A program made the translations under genes and the position numbers. Shown one piece after another: positions 9,511 through 18,568 of a stretch of DNA of 64,000 nt (positions within the stretch are counted from its first letter, which is position 1; every line of letters starts with the position of its first letter). Source of the DNA: a virus. Taxonomy: Duplodnaviria > Caudoviricetes. The stretch lies in IMG/VR virus record IMGVR_UViG_2909979649_000004; one strand, given 5' to 3'. Under the pieces are notes generated by a model. The model saw nothing but the letters and a program-made list of their open reading frames with translations. It was not told the origin of the DNA and ran no database searches.

Positions 9511-9673
9511 TGTGCTACAACTGCTGTCGGAATTTATGGCGGTGGTTGAACAGGCTTTTTTAGATTTGTCTACTCATGGCCATACGCCTGCTGGGCCTAC
9601 TAATAAACTCAGCCTAATACAGCAGGCGGATAGTATTAATGAGCAGAATTCTGGTTTTAAAATAATGCTTTAA
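9511..9673 (+). pseudogene. 3' remnant of the terminal baseplate-spike gene
   Basis: VLQLLSEFMAVVEQAFLDLSTHGHTPAGPTNK identical to the C-terminus of 43047..43997. Confidence 0.88.
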
Positions 9674-10049
9674 TAAATATAAAATAAAAATGATAGCAGT
9701 TTTTGGAATAGATTAATTAACTTTTTATATTTTACTTGGCCTTGAAGTTGCTTCTGCCAAAAATTTAAACCCTATCTTATGTTTCTATAGTTATTGTGGA
9801 AGTCAATACATGGCTCTTCTTGCTGTTGTGATAAGAGTAAACCTTCAGTAATTACTAAGGAAAGGGAAGAAATTGTTTATAAGAAAATAGCTAAAACTAG
9901 TCATTAATGCTAAGCAATAGTCGCAGACGAAATTGATCTGTCTTGCAATTATAACTTATTTTAAGCTTTATTAATTACAGCTATTGATGTTTGAAAGTTT
10001 ATTCGACTATACTTAAGTTGAGGTGTTTCTGAATTTGCAAGGAGTGCAT

Positions 10050-10691
10050 ATGAAAGTAGTACGTAAGTCATTGGGATTAGATTTGGTGGGAACTTATCAA
10101 GGATTATCGCTAGGAGCATATGAAGTTACAAATCAAGATGGTCAATTGTCTTTTCATGCTGTTGTATATAACCCTCTTATTTTTGATACAAATCTAGTGC
10201 CTTTTTTTAGAATAAATTCAGCTTGTTTTAGCGCTGATATATTCGGTGATAATCGTTGTGATTGTAATTATCAGTTGCAACAAACTATGAGATTTTTTTT
10301 AGAAAATCCTGGTCTTATGATATATCATTTTAATCACGAAGGTCGAGGGGTAGGCTTTGTCAATAAAATAGAAGCATATAAACTTATGAAGAAAAAAAAT
10401 ATTGATACTTTCGATGCTCATAAATTACTAGGGTTGCCTGAAGATAGCCGGAATTACTATTATGCTGTTTTAATTCTAAATAATTTAAACATAAATCGAG
10501 TTAATCTTATTACGAATAATCCACAAAAATGTACATACTTAAAGACTCATGGGATTGATGTCTTAGAGGTAATACCTATAGTCAGTCAATGTAAAGAGCA
10601 TGAAGCATGTCTTTCGTCAAAAGTTATTCACCAAAATCACCTACATTATAAAAACTTATCACCCAAAATATCTGATCTATCTCTTAATTAA
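10050..10691 (+). CDS. GTP cyclohydrolase II-like protein (divergent RibA)
   Basis: RINSAC...DIFG..RCDC, EGRGVG..NK..AY, LITNNP.K. Confidence 0.85.
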   Translation: MKVVRKSLGLDLVGTYQGLSLGAYEVTNQDGQLSFHAVVYNPLIFDTNLVPFFRINSACFSADIFGDNRCDCNYQLQQTMRFFLENPGLMIYHFNHEGRGVGFVNKIEAYKLMKKKNIDTFDAHKLLGLPEDSRNYYYAVLILNNLNINRVNLITNNPQKCTYLKTHGIDVLEVIPIVSQCKEHEACLSSKVIHQNHLHYKNLSPKISDLSLN

Positions 10692-10788
10692 TAATATTTA
10701 TTTGTCGAGGTTGACTATGCAATAGGTTTTATCAAGTAATTTAATAACTATTGAATTAGTGTAGGAAACAGTTAGCAGAGACCAGATT

Positions 10789-11511
10789 ATGCAAAATCAT
10801 ACTCTATTACTACTTGGCGCTAATAGCTCATTAGCAGGTGCATTTTTAAAACAAAAGAAAAAAATTTCTCCTATATACATATTAGGTATAGATCAACATG
10901 AAAAGGAAAATTTTTCACAGCTATCAAATTATATGCAATTTAATTTTTCTTGTACATCAATGCAGGATGTATGGCAAAATCTTCCATTGGACTTTACCCA
11001 TGAATTAATATTTATCAGCTGTATAGGGCGGTTTGGTCATCAAGGGAGTCAGGTGCAAGGTCAATCACCGCTGTTAACAAAAGAGGTGCTGGAGCAAATT
11101 AATATCAACTTGGTGTTTGTAACATCGTTTTGCTGTGAGCTTATTAATCGATGTATTAATTATAACTGCAAATGTCGTATTGTAATTGTTGGGTCATCAG
11201 CTTCCTGGGTAGGTAGTAGAGATATTGGTTATGGTATTGCTAAGGCAGGTCTAAATGGATTGGTGATTAGTTTGTCAAAGTCATTTGCTGTTCAGGGAAT
11301 CACAGTGTTAGGAGTGAATCCAGGAATTTTTGATTCTTTAATGTCAAGAAATGTCTCAGTTGAGCGTCAACAGTGTGCTATTCAGTCAACACATATAAAA
11401 CGGGCAGGTCAGGTTGAGGAAATTGCAAAGGTAGTTAGCTATGCGGCATTTGAGGCACCTGATTATATGACAGGTGCTATTTTACCTGTTAATGGAGGGC
11501 AATATACTTAA
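10789..11511 (+). CDS. SDR-family oxidoreductase
   Basis: GANSSLA, YGIAK (YxxxK), NPG, YMTG..LPVNGG. Confidence 0.85.
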   Translation: MQNHTLLLLGANSSLAGAFLKQKKKISPIYILGIDQHEKENFSQLSNYMQFNFSCTSMQDVWQNLPLDFTHELIFISCIGRFGHQGSQVQGQSPLLTKEVLEQININLVFVTSFCCELINRCINYNCKCRIVIVGSSASWVGSRDIGYGIAKAGLNGLVISLSKSFAVQGITVLGVNPGIFDSLMSRNVSVERQQCAIQSTHIKRAGQVEEIAKVVSYAAFEAPDYMTGAILPVNGGQYT

Positions 11512-12083
11512 TGATTGATTTTTTGCTTATTCATTTGGTGATCTTCAATAAGTTGCTGAATAAGCAATTTTGGCTGTTCGTTAAAATATAGACGACTTTC
11601 ACTTGGCTTTTGAAATGCTTCAAGTAAACTTGGGAGAAATTCAGTCATACCACCACTGCCAGTAAGTACACCAATTGGTTTACCAATATCATAAGCAATT
11701 GTAAATTCATTGAGAGTTCCCCATCGACCACTTATAAAAACAGCTGCATCGCAGTGGCTTACTGCAACTACATTACGATACTTTAAGCAAACTTGATGTA
11801 TCTGTTTATGTGTAAAATCATTTGGAATATAAATGAGCTGATCATAATAACTTACAGAAGTGCCCATTATTGACTCGTGAAGCTTTTCATGCGTGACAGC
11901 AGTACATCCAATCGTTCCGCCATTATACTTTTTAGCACCTTTTATTGCTGCATAAGGTAGTCCTTGGCAGGCTCCAGTAATAAGTGTTGCACCGGCTTCT
12001 GCGATGAACTGACCAAGAAGTATTGCTTGTTGCTCTAATCCTGTAGAGATTCCTGCAGCTGAACCGAAAACTCCAATAATCAT
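11508..12083 (-). CDS. LOG/SLOG-family nucleotide-binding protein
   Basis: IGVFGS, LITGAC.G, RN, G..GTLNE motifs. Confidence 0.82.
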   Translation of the reverse strand: MIIGVFGSAAGISTGLEQQAILLGQFIAEAGATLITGACQGLPYAAIKGAKKYNGGTIGCTAVTHEKLHESIMGTSVSYYDQLIYIPNDFTHKQIHQVCLKYRNVVAVSHCDAAVFISGRWGTLNEFTIAYDIGKPIGVLTGSGGMTEFLPSLLEAFQKPSESRLYFNEQPKLLIQQLIEDHQMNKQKINH

Positions 12084-12594
12084 TTAGTGTTCCCTCACAG
12101 TTCTTGTTTTCACTATGTACTAATTAGCGTATACATTTAATTATTGTGTCACATGTATCGCTTATAATTAAACTACTGGATGCAGATTTTTGTTTCTGCT
12201 GAAAAGCATCGTATCTTTAATGTATAAAGGGCTGAAGAGCAAGAACTCTCAACTATATATATTTAACAACTTGCAGCTTTTCTAACCTTAGTATAATCGA
12301 GCTATTTCACTAACACCTACCTTTACGTATATCAGATTATTTTCTTATTAATGTCACATCACTTCCATTCACCCGAAGGCTGTGACCGTTATATAGGAGG
12401 GTACTGGAATCTAGGAGGTTGGAAAAAGCACTCATCCTCCACACCTGCGAGTTTTATGAAAATTTATTTGTGGTAATAATTAACAGCTAAGCCTTGTTGT
12501 TTAATCGTTTTAGGAATTATTTATTATTTTCACAAAGTGAAAAATTATCTCAGTTTAAGTAAAAAATACATTTTCAGTGAAAATTATTTATTTT

Positions 12595-12705
12595 AAGAAA
12601 ACAATAATTGTGTCGTATTCAATACAAGTAGCATTCTTCTGTTTTTAGGCTGTAGTGTTTAACCCTAATTTCTTGTCTTACTTTTCCAAGCAGCAGGCTT
12701 GTCAT
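12595..12705 (-). pseudogene. intI: 5' stump of integron integrase
   Basis: GGAGG RBS then MTSLLLGKVRQEIRVKHYSLKTEECYLY*IRHNYCF, matching the IntI N-terminus (LL..VR..IR..HYS..TE..Y..WIR); divergent from attI. Confidence 0.82.
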
Positions 12706-12807
12706 GATCACCTCCACACAAATATCTATTGAGATGATATGATGTTGTATGTAAGTGCCGTTTAAATAATGGCCAATTCTATGTAAATCAGTTAGTTCAG
12801 TGCATCA

Positions 12808-12919
12808 TATCAACATTATTCTAGTAATAAGTTTGTGACTTGGTTAAAATATATTTGGTTGTTATACGTCAATGCGACGTAGCATTTTGCGTCAGAGAGG
12901 CGTTCATTAAAAGTTATGT
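12808..12919 (+). other. Integron attI-like site, copy 1
   Basis: About 110 bp conserved in three copies; conservation ends at the core GTTA (GTTATGT 12913-12919). Confidence 0.8.
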
Positions 12920-13419
12920 TTCAGAATAATATGAATACAGAGTACTCAATTACAGAAGATGATTATGTGAGAGCAATGAAGCTGTTCTCAAAAATTACAA
13001 CAAAGGCTGCTGTAATATACCTAATAATAATAGGTGTAGCAGTTATAGCTGCAATTTTTGGTTCGCCAGTTATTAAAGGTAGTGCAATAGGTGGATTAGT
13101 AGGTGGTGGTAGTGTTGCGATAGTGATGAGATTTCTTATAAATCCAATTCTTTCTAGAAGGGATTATAGAAAATATAAAGCAATTCAAGAGCCGATAAAG
13201 ATTCATTTATTAAATGAAGGGGTTCAATTTTCCGCATCAGATGGGGAAGGTATTGTCAGATGGGAACAGGTGCACAAGTGGCGTCAAAATGACGATTACT
13301 TACTAATATATCCAATGCCAGGGCTATACCACATTATTCCTAAATCAATTGCTGAAAGTGGTTTTGATTTAAGTGGGCTGATTACAACATTACACGAAAA
13401 GGTAGGCAATGAAGCATAA
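12916..13419 (+). CDS. YcxB-like membrane protein (gene cassette)
   Basis: Two TM segments plus W..V.KW.Q....LLIY.....HIIPK tail; stop overlaps inverse core GCATAAC. Confidence 0.75.
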   Translation: MFQNNMNTEYSITEDDYVRAMKLFSKITTKAAVIYLIIIGVAVIAAIFGSPVIKGSAIGGLVGGGSVAIVMRFLINPILSRRDYRKYKAIQEPIKIHLLNEGVQFSASDGEGIVRWEQVHKWRQNDDYLLIYPMPGLYHIIPKSIAESGFDLSGLITTLHEKVGNEA

Positions 13420-13482
13420 CAAGGCAAATCTACATGGACGCAATACTCGCTGGTGCTTGCATTGCTCCGGTTATTTGCGGTT
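13414..13482 (+). other. attC site with damaged R' end
   Basis: GCATAAC-AAG-GCAAAT...GCAAT/ATTGC...ATTTGC-GG; inverse core nearly complementary to GTTATGT. Confidence 0.7.
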
Positions 13483-13989
13483 TTGACCATATTTAATAAT
13501 TTTCAAGTTTTGCAGGTAGTCCACAAGTTCATGAATATATGTTGTGGGATTGTCAGTAGAGAGTCTGGATGCATCTTTTAAAAATTGAGCCGCATTTTTT
13601 TGCATCTTCAATGTCAGGGAGCAACGTAGAAAATATTTTTTTTGTGCCCCTGATTAAAAACGCTGATAGTTTAAAAATTATGATAACTTTTAGTTTTTTA
13701 TTTATTTGGTGTTTATAAATGAATTATTGCAGGTTTTGATAAGTATGCTGTCATGCTGGAGACGTAGGTGTATTCAAAATAGGGCTATCTTTATTGAGAT
13801 GTGGTAACCTGATGCCTGGCTATGTTCATTAGCAATGCTTGTCTTGATATGAGTTAGCGAATGGAGTGTGTTCGCTGGCAATTCTTACCTCAGAGCAATT
13901 CAATCGCATTCTTTAATTGTTCCATGAACTTGTCAACCCTTGTTCTCTATCAAGTAATTTGTGTGGTTGGTTGCTGGTAGAGTGATTCC

Positions 13990-14101
13990 TATCAGCATTA
14001 TTCTAGTAATAAGTTTGTTGCTTGGCTAAAATGTATTCGATTGTTATACGTCAATGCGACATAGTACTTTGCGTCAGAGTGACGTTCATTAATAGTTAAG
14101 T
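13990..14101 (+). other. Integron attI-like site, copy 2
   Basis: Same 110 bp block, core GTTAAGT 14095-14101. Confidence 0.8.
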
Positions 14102-14107
14102 CAATCT

Positions 14108-14500
14108 ATGAATAATTCTGATTGGGTTAAATTTTTCACAGCCTGTAATGAAGTATTGGGCCAAGGAAGTTGTTCGTCGTTGCATAGTGAGAATTGGTGT
14201 GCATGGACCACTTTTGGAAAGCTCCAAGAAGACTGCCTTTACTGGCGGTCTGGGCTACCAAATAATGATGAGTTAACTGATACGTATGTAAAGGATGGGG
14301 GCACATGGGGGCAGCCGTTCTTGTATAGCGAAATAGCCCATATTATTGTACCTTCACGATTTTACTGGGAGCGCCCTCCAGGCAAAGGATGGGAGTGTGG
14401 ACATAGAGAGCAAAATATCGCTGGGCTTTCACAAGCGTTGCAGCGTCTTGAAGTGCAACACCGAATTACAGATATTATATTAGAAATTAAACTCTACTAG
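14108..14500 (+). CDS. Hypothetical protein (gene cassette)
   Basis: Bounded by GTTAAGT and its exact complement ACTTAAC (14512-14518). Confidence 0.78.
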   Translation: MNNSDWVKFFTACNEVLGQGSCSSLHSENWCAWTTFGKLQEDCLYWRSGLPNNDELTDTYVKDGGTWGQPFLYSEIAHIIVPSRFYWERPPGKGWECGHREQNIAGLSQALQRLEVQHRITDIILEIKLY

Positions 14501-14511
14501 TTGGCTCATGT

Positions 14512-14549
14512 ACTTAACAAGTTGCTATCCTTTTATGGCGGCGTTATGA
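14512..14549 (+). other. attC site, internally deleted (38 bp)
   Basis: ACTTAAC...GGCGGC-GTTATGA. Confidence 0.7.
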
Positions 14550-14553
14550 GTAA

Positions 14554-14883
14554 ATGATGAATGAAATAGAGGTAATTCGGCGACTCTTCGATTTCAACTG
14601 GCCTTCAGACGATGAGCTTGTAGAGTTTGCAGAAAAGAAAACTGGTTACGGAGGCGACGATGGTTACTATGGAGTTTTGTATCCAGGTGATCTAGACGAC
14701 TACGATAAGGAAGTTGATGGTTACCACATCCCAGATGGAATGATCGAGGTAGCATATTGGAATGGAGACGATGATGTTATTCAAGTCCCAGAAGAATTGT
14801 ACCTGCAAGAATTGTTAATCTACTTAAAAACAAATGAAAAACATGAGCTTTCAAGTCGTATTGGTAAGCTCTTAACAGGGTAA
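14554..14883 (+). CDS. Acidic hypothetical protein, possibly CdiI-like immunity protein (gene cassette)
   Basis: Bounded by GTTATGAG and CTCTTAAC; acidic 109 aa; family call tentative. Confidence 0.65.
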   Translation: MMNEIEVIRRLFDFNWPSDDELVEFAEKKTGYGGDDGYYGVLYPGDLDDYDKEVDGYHIPDGMIEVAYWNGDDDVIQVPEELYLQELLIYLKTNEKHELSSRIGKLLTG

Positions 14884-14930
14884 GGTATTGGGCTACGCTG
14901 ACACTGGCCCAATGCTTAATGCTATTAAGT
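14870..14930 (+). other. attC site (61 bp) with R' mutated from GTT to ATT
   Basis: TCTTAAC-AGGG-TAAGGTATTGGGC...GCCCAATGCTTA-ATGCT-ATTAAGT; hairpin with one extrahelical G. Confidence 0.72.
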
Positions 14931-15032
14931 CAGATGCTGCAATCAAAGGCTAACCTACAAGGTCGTGATATGAAAGTTAATCAGGCTCAACCAAAATCTA
15001 ACAGCCGTCCACAACGTAGACCAAGGTATTAA
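14929..15032 (+). pseudogene. 3' remnant of RRM RNA-binding protein gene
   Basis: DAAIKG..NLQGRDMKVNQAQPKSNSRPQRRPRY*, matches 51581..51856 with a small deletion. Confidence 0.88.
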
Positions 15033-15164
15033 TACCTAGTCATGCAAATCGCTGGAAGTAGAAGGCTATAATCTTTTTGCTTCTGGCAAGTCCAGTTTTT
15101 TATATCTCATCACCATATATAACTCATCTTTTAATCAGACTAGTTATTAAGCAATAGCATTTCT

Positions 15165-15391
15165 CGTGTGAATTTCGTGTGAATTTGGTACCCACTTTTA
15201 GACAAAACCTCACCCTGTAAGGTTTTCAGGTAATGTTCTAAGTGGTTGATTTTAAAGGGTTTTAAGGAAATTCAAGGTGAGTGGAAGTGGTGGAGGCGGC
15301 GGGAATTGAATGTTCGTATAAGGCATTTAACTAATTGATTTTAAAGATAAAATTTCCAAAAATGGACTGCGTGCGAATTGAGTGCGAAAAA
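15165..15391. promoter_or_regulatory. att arms: arm-type direct repeats and IHF sites
   Basis: TCGTGTGAATT x2 on the left, GTGCGAA x2 on the right; TAAGTGGTTGATT and TAACTAATTGATT match the IHF consensus; about 110 bp shared with 52018-52125. Confidence 0.7.
15288..15310 (-). repeat. att core = 3' end of tmRNA (ssrA) gene
   Basis: Minus strand TTCAATTCCCGCCGCCTCCACCA; repeated at 52103-52125. Confidence 0.88.
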
Positions 15392-15721
15392 TATTACAAG
15401 AATAAAAACTTTTTATTGCATGACTTAATCTCTTCTTTCCCTATATGTGTTTGTATGGCATCCGTGATCAATCTTCAACCACCTTTGTGAAATCTGTCTC
15501 AGATTAAAGCTTGATCAGATCAAGTTTTGCTCTGTATGTGAATTTGATCACGCTTAAAGATCTTTAAGTGATTAATATCTGACCACTTTTAATTATGCGC
15601 GTTGAGTTTAAGGATAGTCTGCATGGCAAAGAAGAGTCTTAAGTATTTTTTAGGGGTCTAGATATTTCCGTACAGTTCTATTCTGGACCGCTTGCTACTT
15701 GGAGTTAAATGAAGGATAAGT

Positions 15722-16273
15722 ATGAGAGTCGAATTTGAATTAACTAAGGAAGAAGTTTGGAATGCAATAACTGAACTTCATACAAGTGCTTGTATAGGCA
15801 CTCACTCTTGGTTGATGTTTTTTGTTTACTATTCAAGATTAGGCTGTTTTTGGATTGCACAACTTGTACTACTAACGTTTGTATTTGACAAAGGGCAGGT
15901 TGAGCTAATGCTTGGTGTGACTATTGGGCTTTTGGTCGTTGCTTTTGTATTGTCTGCGTTATCAAAGTATGTTTTACGTCATGATGCTAAAAAGAGTTAT
16001 TTAAGCTTCGATAAAGGCAATTTTGGTATTCATACATTTGAGTTAAAAGAAGACAAGGCTTCTTTTATGACCCCTGGCGGTTTATTTGAGTTTGCCCCCT
16101 CGCAAGTTTGGTCTATGGTGTGGACACCTCAACATTTTTTTATATACACATCATTATTCTCCGTGTATTTACCTCTTTACAAGGTTAGAAAAGATACCTT
16201 TGAGGAAATGATGAAAAATATTGAGCAGTATACAGGTAAGAATATTATAAAAACTTTTGATCATCCTGGTTAG
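15722..16273 (+). CDS. Membrane protein, YcxB-like moron
   Basis: Two TM segments; convergent with integrase. Confidence 0.65.
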   Translation: MRVEFELTKEEVWNAITELHTSACIGTHSWLMFFVYYSRLGCFWIAQLVLLTFVFDKGQVELMLGVTIGLLVVAFVLSALSKYVLRHDAKKSYLSFDKGNFGIHTFELKEDKASFMTPGGLFEFAPSQVWSMVWTPQHFFIYTSLFSVYLPLYKVRKDTFEEMMKNIEQYTGKNIIKTFDHPG

Positions 16274-16312
16274 TGTTTTTCATTGCTAAGAGCTAGTGGT
16301 AGCAGTACTGAG

Positions 16313-17467
16313 CTACCACTCATAATTAGGCTTGTATTTATTATCGTCTCCAGCCTCTTCAATAAACATTCCATAATGCCTGTTAATCATCTCAATGCCT
16401 TGGTGGCCCATTTGGCTTGCTATCCAGAATAGGTTTTCATTTCTTGCTATAAGAAGGCATGCGTAGGTATGCCTAGTTTGGTACGGGTTCCGATAGCGTA
16501 GGCCACTTTTTTTTATCGCAGGAATCCAAGCACATTTTCTAATTTGCTGATCATTTTTCCAGGCTTGGTTTGTTCGTGGATTATGAAACACAAAATCGTT
16601 GTTGTTCGTATAGTTAAACTGAGATTCTAGGGCTGATATAGCAGAAGGGAAGAGATGTATTAATCTTTCACCCTTGGTACCTGTTTTGGTGCCTTTGAGT
16701 AGACCTTCTACTTTAGCCTGGTCAATCAAAACAGACTTGCCTTTTAAGTTAACTTTATCCCAAGTAAGTCCTATGAGTTCACTAGTTCTAACCCCTGTAT
16801 AAAAAGCAAACTGAAAAGCATTTTTTACCTGTCCCTCCATGCTTTCCAGTAGCTGTTGTATTTCTGCAGGTTTAAAAGGGTCGACTTTAAAATTACTGAC
16901 TCTAGCATCTTTATGAATGAAATCATCAAGAGATATTGCATCCATTGGTGACCTGGGAATAATAGCGTCTACAACAGCCAGCCGAAGTGCCTTAACTAAG
17001 GGGATAAGGTGGTTGGCAATGGTTTTACGCTTACAATTTTTCGATTTAACCCATTCACGAATATGTTTCGGTGTAAGCTCTGTAACGAGAATTTCTCCAA
17101 ACTCTGGAAGTAGCTGACCTTCAATAGACCGTTTATAGCGCAGAGCTGTTGAAGGCTCTACAGTCCTGTGAAGGTCATTGATATATTCTTTTAGTAACTC
17201 TGCAACTGTAGTATTTACTCGAGTACATTCACCAAATACTTTACACCGTGGGGATTCTGGAAAGTAATCACTGTATTTAAATATGTGACGTTCTATTTTC
17301 CCAATAATTTCTGCTCTAAGCGCTTCAGCATAACGTAAATTTGCTCTAGTTGGCTTTAGCTTTAGGGTTTCTCTACATTCAACCCCTCTATACATGAAAG
17401 CAATCAGAATAGACTCTGATTGCTTATGTTTTCTTATCCTTATTCCTCTAGGAAGCGATGAGGTCAT
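16313..17467 (-). CDS. int: Tyrosine integrase
   Basis: TGVRTSEL, YQTRHT, MGH, HY; close paralog of 8305..9486. Confidence 0.92.
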   Translation of the reverse strand: MTSSLPRGIRIRKHKQSESILIAFMYRGVECRETLKLKPTRANLRYAEALRAEIIGKIERHIFKYSDYFPESPRCKVFGECTRVNTTVAELLKEYINDLHRTVEPSTALRYKRSIEGQLLPEFGEILVTELTPKHIREWVKSKNCKRKTIANHLIPLVKALRLAVVDAIIPRSPMDAISLDDFIHKDARVSNFKVDPFKPAEIQQLLESMEGQVKNAFQFAFYTGVRTSELIGLTWDKVNLKGKSVLIDQAKVEGLLKGTKTGTKGERLIHLFPSAISALESQFNYTNNNDFVFHNPRTNQAWKNDQQIRKCAWIPAIKKSGLRYRNPYQTRHTYACLLIARNENLFWIASQMGHQGIEMINRHYGMFIEEAGDDNKYKPNYEW

Positions 17468-17661
17468 TAATGCCTCCTAGGTTCACTTTTTTGAGCCCAT
17501 TTTTCTACCGCTTCAAGGTTGACCCATACACGCCCGTCACTACAAGTACGATACTCTCTGTCTCGGAGGAACATACCGGTTTTTTGTTTGTTAACAAATG
17601 CATCACGAGTATCACCAGATAGTTCAAGGTATTTTTTTAATTTGACCCATTTGAGTTGCAT
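17467..17661 (-). CDS. Excisionase-like protein
   Basis: Upstream of int; near-identical to 8111..8305. Confidence 0.75.
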   Translation of the reverse strand: MQLKWVKLKKYLELSGDTRDAFVNKQKTGMFLRDREYRTCSDGRVWVNLEAVEKWAQKSEPRRH

Positions 17662-17673
17662 GATATTTTCTCC

Positions 17674-18003
17674 TTAACTCATTACCCCAATATACTGAGG
17701 TTTTCTCCGTTTGGTTTTTATTCCGGCTTCTAGTTCATCACGTTCTATCTTGATTGAGAGTGGGGCTTGAATAAATAAATCAACTTGTGACAGTGAATCT
17801 CTAATACCAGCTATATGAGGCATTGCCGTGAGGGATATAGCGTCATTAATATTAAGCTTTTTGCCAAAGTCGATTTGTTTGATTTGTAACTTCCCTTGGT
17901 GAAAAATACTCAGCTCAGCAAAACCGTATCGCCTACCACGCAATACGATACGGTGTTCACCAACTCTGACCGATTCACCAACACGCCTAGTGATGGTTAA
18001 CAT
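17674..18003 (-). CDS. CsrA-like protein, internally duplicated
   Basis: MLTITRRVGESVRVG...IQAPLSIKIERDEL. Confidence 0.7.
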   Translation of the reverse strand: MLTITRRVGESVRVGEHRIVLRGRRYGFAELSIFHQGKLQIKQIDFGKKLNINDAISLTAMPHIAGIRDSLSQVDLFIQAPLSIKIERDELEAGIKTKRRKPQYIGVMS

Positions 18004-18013
18004 GCTTTTGTCC

Positions 18014-18232
18014 TTAATTTATTAAGGGGATAAGTCGCACGCCATTAATGGTATAAGGCGGCTTACAGTTGAACTTAATTAAATTCATTTTAAAGGCTTC
18101 CAACTGTTCTTTGGTAATATGCAACTGCATTGGTTTTTTATTTTTTGCTAGAGTGTAATACTCTATGTATTGCTTAGCTTTCTCATATAACCTGAGATTC
18201 TTTTTGGTTAGCTCCATTCGATTGATTTCCAT
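18014..18232 (-). CDS. Phage hypothetical protein
   Basis: Near-identical to 57862..58077. Confidence 0.75.
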   Translation of the reverse strand: MEINRMELTKKNLRLYEKAKQYIEYYTLAKNKKPMQLHITKEQLEAFKMNLIKFNCKPPYTINGVRLIPLIN

Positions 18233-18261
18233 ATCCGTTTCTCCATTACAGCCAGTGATTG

Positions 18262-18543
18262 TTAGTGCGCCTGCATACTACTCGCCGTTGTGTCTCGAAT
18301 AATTGTGACAGCGTGATGCGGTTGTTTGGTTGAGTCTATAAACTGGTTAAGTATTTCATTCGCTAATTCAGGATTGCGTTTAGCGGATTCCTTGAATATA
18401 GCGAACGTAATAATCAAGCTTTCGCCTAACGCTTGAATAACCTCATCAATATCTTCGCAAGCACAGTGATTAACATATTTTTCGATAGATTGATTTGCTA
18501 ATGTTCGGCAATTGTTTTTTGAAATCATATTTTTACTATCCAA
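18262..18543 (-). CDS. Phage hypothetical protein
   Basis: ORF in early operon orientation. Confidence 0.55.
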   Translation of the reverse strand: MDSKNMISKNNCRTLANQSIEKYVNHCACEDIDEVIQALGESLIITFAIFKESAKRNPELANEILNQFIDSTKQPHHAVTIIRDTTASSMQAH

Positions 18544-18568
18544 TCATTATTTTTATAGGGATATATGA

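Larger units (their letters stand above)
12310..12919. repeat. About 600 bp block homologous to 47380-48046 (non-coding DNA + intI stump + attI)
   Basis: Direct alignment by eye of shared segments (acacctacctttac, aaaagcactcatcctcc, aaaaaatacattttcagtg, cattattctagtaataagtttg). Confidence 0.9.
1..15310. mobile_element. Prophage element 1 (partial, rearranged), right boundary at ssrA-type att core
   Basis: Phage early genes, xis-int, tail-gene remnant, cargo, then att core; runs off the window start. Confidence 0.8.

Noticed and set aside
13483-13875. Possible decayed cassette between the first attC and the RRM-leader homology
   Set aside because: No ORF of 60 aa or more and no core sites I can support
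15288-15310. Intact tRNA or tmRNA gene at the att cores
   Set aside because: Only the last 23-26 nt are present; adjacent sequence cannot complete the T-arm or acceptor stem
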